Part shown: piece after piece, positions 60,750-64,000 of the stretch
How the letters are laid out: every line of letters begins with the position of its first letter
Numbering within the stretch: position 1 is the first letter of the stretch
From: Gammaproteobacteria bacterium
GTDB lineage: Bacteria; Pseudomonadota; Gammaproteobacteria; UBA4575
Direction: 5' to 3'
DNA: 64,000 nucleotides
Assembly (NCBI GenBank): GCA_965221955.1
Contig: CBDCTA010000005.1
Coordinates: 8,524-72,523, forward strand
Made by a program: the position numbers and the translations under genes
Notes under the pieces: generated by a model
The model's database searches: none
The model's input: only the letters and a program-made list of their open reading frames with translations
Told to the model about the DNA's origin: nothing

Positions 60750-62105
60750 ATTTCTAACTCGGTACTAAATTCTCCCGACTTATTTGACCAAGCCGATAAT
60801 AGTTATCGTCCGCTTGCAGACAGAATGCGTCCTAAAACCTTAGATGCATTTGTGGGTCAAAATCATCTTCTTGCGAAAGATAAACCACTAAGGGTTGCAA
60901 TCGAGCAAGGCAAGCTACATTCGATGATTTTCTGGGGTCCTCCTGGAACAGGTAAAACCACTTTAGCGCGAATTATTTCTAACACTTCGGATGCGCAGTT
61001 TATTCCAATTTCAGCTGTATTGTCGGGTGTAAAAGAAATTCGTCAAGCGATAGAACAAGCGAAAGCCTATAACCAAGGACGCAGTGCTAGGACAGTTCTA
61101 TTTGTTGATGAAGTGCATCGTTTTAATAAATCACAACAGGATGCGTTTTTGCCACATATTGAAGATGGCACAATTTATTTTATTGGAGCTACAACTGAAA
61201 ACCCTTCTTTTGAACTCAATAACGCACTTTTATCTCGAGCACGGACGTATATCTTAAAACGTTTGACGGATAAAGATATCCAACAATGCATCCAGCTAGC
61301 ATTACAAGATGACAAGCAAGGTCTAGCGAAACATATAAAGGGAATAGAAGATGATGCTCTAGAAGTATTAGCGATGTCTGCTGATGGTGATGCGCGAAGA
61401 GCACTTAATTTTTTGGAGATTGCCGTTGATTTAATTGATAGTGACACAGAAAAACAAGTTATTACTAAAGATGTTATTCAAGAAGTCACTTCACAAACCA
61501 TGCGAAGGTTTGATAAGCAAGGCGAATATTTTTATGATCAAATATCTGCTTTACATAAATCTGTACGTGGATCAGACCCTGATGCCGCGCTATATTGGTT
61601 TTGTAGAATGATTGATGGAGGTTGTGACCCACATTATGTTGCAAGACGTATAGTGCGTATGGCGAGTGAAGATATTGGTAACGCAGATCCAAGTGGTTTG
61701 CAAATTACTTTAGATGCGTGGAACACTTATGAGCGATTAGGTTCTCCTGAAGGGGAATTAGCGATTGCACATGCAATCGTCTATTTGAGTTGTGTGCCAA
61801 AAAGCAATGCTGTGTATACTGCATATAAAGCAGCCATGCGCGATGCAAAAGAATATGGCACATTAGAAGTGCCAATGCATTTGCGTAATGCACCTACTAA
61901 ATTTATGAAAGAAATAGGTTATGGTGAAGGATATCGGTATGCGCATGATGAAGAAGATGCATTTGCCGCAGGAGAAGTCTATTTGCCAAAAGAACTACAA
62001 AGGCAGCAATATTACCAGCCTGAAGAACGAGGCTTAGAAGCAAAAATTAAACAGCATTTGAATATTTTAAGACAAAAAAATGTTGAGAATAAATCAGATA
62101 ATTGA
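60750..62105 (+). CDS. rarA: Replication-associated recombination protein A (MgsA)
   Basis: GPPGTGKTT, FVDEVHRFNKSQQD, ISALHKSVRGSD; first ATG is at 60825 but the conserved RPLADR reads upstream, so a start at ATT 60750 is proposed. Confidence 0.92.
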   Translation: MSNSVLNSPDLFDQADNSYRPLADRMRPKTLDAFVGQNHLLAKDKPLRVAIEQGKLHSMIFWGPPGTGKTTLARIISNTSDAQFIPISAVLSGVKEIRQAIEQAKAYNQGRSARTVLFVDEVHRFNKSQQDAFLPHIEDGTIYFIGATTENPSFELNNALLSRARTYILKRLTDKDIQQCIQLALQDDKQGLAKHIKGIEDDALEVLAMSADGDARRALNFLEIAVDLIDSDTEKQVITKDVIQEVTSQTMRRFDKQGEYFYDQISALHKSVRGSDPDAALYWFCRMIDGGCDPHYVARRIVRMASEDIGNADPSGLQITLDAWNTYERLGSPEGELAIAHAIVYLSCVPKSNAVYTAYKAAMRDAKEYGTLEVPMHLRNAPTKFMKEIGYGEGYRYAHDEEDAFAAGEVYLPKELQRQQYYQPEERGLEAKIKQHLNILRQKNVENKSDN

Positions 62106-62236
62106 GAAAGCACTGATTTATTAAAGAAGTGGTTGAGACGAGGCAAAAAATATTTTGGAAAATGCAGTGTATTTATAATGCATGAGTATTTTAAAAATAT
62201 TTTTTAACGAAGCATCAAAATAAATCAGGGGATTTC
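62104..62236 (-). mobile_element. MITE-like repeat, family M copy C (inverted)
   Basis: GAAAGCACTGATTTATT / AATAAATCAGGGGATTTC TIRs; reverse complement GCTTCGTTAAAA...ATATTTTTTGCCTCGTC matches copy A. Confidence 0.72.
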
Positions 62237-62251
62237 GAAAAAGGAAATAAA

Positions 62252-62533
62252 GTGGACCAACTGAAATTATCAAGAGAGCTCATTGAAAAAATTGAGAAAG
62301 TTTTAGTAGAAGAGGATGAGCGTGCAAGAAACCCTTTACTAGCAGGCCAGTATCTGTCTGCAATAATTGGTTTTATTGTAGGTAATCATGATCTGCCCAT
62401 AGGCGAGAAAAATGAGATTATGAATGAACTTAATGCATTTTCTAAATATGTATACGATGACATCACGCGCCAACGTCAGCAAACTATACAACCTAAAGGC
62501 GAAGCCTTTGGAATTTGGAAACCAGGTGATTAG
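62252..62533 (+). CDS. Hypothetical protein
   Basis: 93 aa, SD AAGGA before GTG, ends AFGIWKPGD. Confidence 0.7.
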   Translation: MDQLKLSRELIEKIEKVLVEEDERARNPLLAGQYLSAIIGFIVGNHDLPIGEKNEIMNELNAFSKYVYDDITRQRQQTIQPKGEAFGIWKPGD

Positions 62534-62549
62534 TAAAAATGAAGAATTA

Positions 62550-62963
62550 TTAATTTAATGGAGGTAATTTTCCTGTTTTAATGTATTGCTGATAATAATC
62601 GCAGTGCTTGATCATGCCTCTTTCGCTGGTTTGAGTTTGCATGTCTTTGTGGGCTACTTGCCATTCACTGCAGTTTTTGGCTAAACGTATTCCATGATCG
62701 TCAATTTTTCTTTGTTCTATTAAAAATTCTTCATTAATATCTTCTTTGGTAACTTCCTGAATTTTTAATACTTCTTGTTGCTTTTTAATTTTTTGCTTTG
62801 TTTTATTAGTTTGTTTCGTGACATCTTTGGATATTTCATCTGTAGATTTTTCAGTTTCGCCTTCAATAATTTCAGCCATGATCCAATTTGAAACGAAATT
62901 TCCTACAGCAACACCAGCAATAATAATGAAGAGTAAAGCGATATAGTTAACTTTTGAGCCCAT
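62550..62963 (-). CDS. Hypothetical membrane-anchored protein
   Basis: N-terminal TM, coiled coil, two Cys. Confidence 0.65.
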   Translation of the reverse strand: MGSKVNYIALLFIIIAGVAVGNFVSNWIMAEIIEGETEKSTDEISKDVTKQTNKTKQKIKKQQEVLKIQEVTKEDINEEFLIEQRKIDDHGIRLAKNCSEWQVAHKDMQTQTSERGMIKHCDYYQQYIKTGKLPPLN

Positions 62964-62986
62964 ATTAAACGTCCCGCAAAAATATA

Positions 62987-64000
62987 TTAATCTCGTCTCA
63001 ATTTATCTGATATAGCAATGGGTGTAGGGTATTTCAGGACAATCAAGTAGGTTGAAAGGATAAAGCTCACTATTGTGCATACTTGGATGAAATTAGAGGC
63101 TTTTAGTGAGATTAAGCCTACGCTTAACGCTACAAATCCAAGCAATAGTGAAAATTCACTTAGTTGGCCCAAGCGTACGCCGATTTCTTTAGCATCTTGG
63201 CTGGATTCGCCACTCTTGTGTATGAGTTTGCTAAATATAAATGGTTTTATAAGCAGCAGTATCGCACTTGTAATAATTGCTGGGATTAAAAGTTGCCAAG
63301 CAATGCCTATGTCTAAACTTGCGCCTAATGAGAAGAAAAATATAACCAAGAAAAAATCTCGAATGGGTTTAAGGCTTTCCGAGATATAAAATGAAATCGG
63401 TCCAACTGCAATCGAAACTCCTGCAATAAAAGCTCCCGTTTCATGCGATAGGCCAATATAATGCGCGAGTTCTGCTATTGCTAAGCACCAACCAATCGCT
63501 AATAAAAATACATATTCTTTTATTTTATCGAATTTTGTCATTAGTTTAATCAGTACAAAGCGTTCAAAAAAGAATGCAAATGCAATTAAACCTGGTAAAG
63601 CGAGGATTAGTTTTCCTAATGAATGTAACGTATTGGTGTCGGTTCCTTGGGTTTCGATTAAAAGTAACAAGACGATAGCCATAATATCTTGCAGCAATAA
63701 AATACTTATGATGATTTCACCGACGTGCTGGTGGTGCAACACTGTAGTAGGTAAAAGCTTAAGTCCAATAATGGTGCTGGAAAACATAAATGCAGCAGCA
63801 ATGATTATTTGATCCATGAAAGAGAGCTGTAATAGCCATGCGGCTATAAAGCCAATACCCGCAAATATTAATGAAGCACCTAATGTAACCAGAGTTGATT
63901 GTTTAATTGAGGCAATAAGTTTTTGAGGGTGTAGATTAAGTCCTAATAGAAACAATAAAAACATAATGCCGACTTTGGCGATTTGTCGAGAAAATTCTGT
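62987..64000 (-). CDS. Cation:proton antiporter (CPA2), 5'-truncated by the window edge
   Basis: GIMFLLFLLGL, FSSTIIGLKLL, ILLLQD, GAFIAGV, LGQLSEFS; frame open to position 64000. Confidence 0.88.
   Translation of the reverse strand, partial: TEFSRQIAKVGIMFLLFLLGLNLHPQKLIASIKQSTLVTLGASLIFAGIGFIAAWLLQLSFMDQIIIAAAFMFSSTIIGLKLLPTTVLHHQHVGEIIISILLLQDIMAIVLLLLIETQGTDTNTLHSLGKLILALPGLIAFAFFFERFVLIKLMTKFDKIKEYVFLLAIGWCLAIAELAHYIGLSHETGAFIAGVSIAVGPISFYISESLKPIRDFFLVIFFFSLGASLDIGIAWQLLIPAIITSAILLLIKPFIFSKLIHKSGESSQDAKEIGVRLGQLSEFSLLLGFVALSVGLISLKASNFIQVCTIVSFILSTYLIVLKYPTPIAISDKLRRD

Overview
AT-rich gammaproteobacterial chromosome segment; gene order such as surE-pcm-yqaA-nlpD, alaC-hom-thrC and aat-trxB-ftsK-lolA-rarA supports this. 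No rRNA, tRNA, CRISPR or intact transposase/integrase was recognised. Most of the window is housekeeping: prc, molybdenum-cofactor genes, fadE, threonine synthesis, trxB, ftsK and rarA. Two things stand out. (1) An ~18 kb co-directional envelope locus (20760-38701) joins three modules. The first is a 3-heme, hydrazine-synthase-alpha-like beta-propeller lipoprotein plus a CX4CH lipoprotein. The second is an ApbE/TlpA/DUF4266/DUF3570 flavinylation-redox module, whose DUF3570 barrel carries a DxxSGAS motif but is split by a 1-nt frameshift. The third is a myxobacterial Agl/Glt-like transenvelope motor set: two OM barrels, three TPR proteins, a GltF-like protein, ExbB, two ExbD (one with Asp->Asn) and a TonB/GltG-like protein, followed by a GspC-like PDZ protein. 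(2) A cassette-like array between moaA and moaB: three 30-34 bp palindromic sites (the best a perfect 13-8-13) delimit two single orphan genes. A fourth site with the same 65-bp flanking leader lies behind prc at the window start. Also seen: a stop-codon-associated MITE family, a probable non-canonical (ATT) start for rarA, a tandem DUF4139 duplication and a Cys-rich insert in ThrC. All family assignments are from motif recognition by eye, not database searches.
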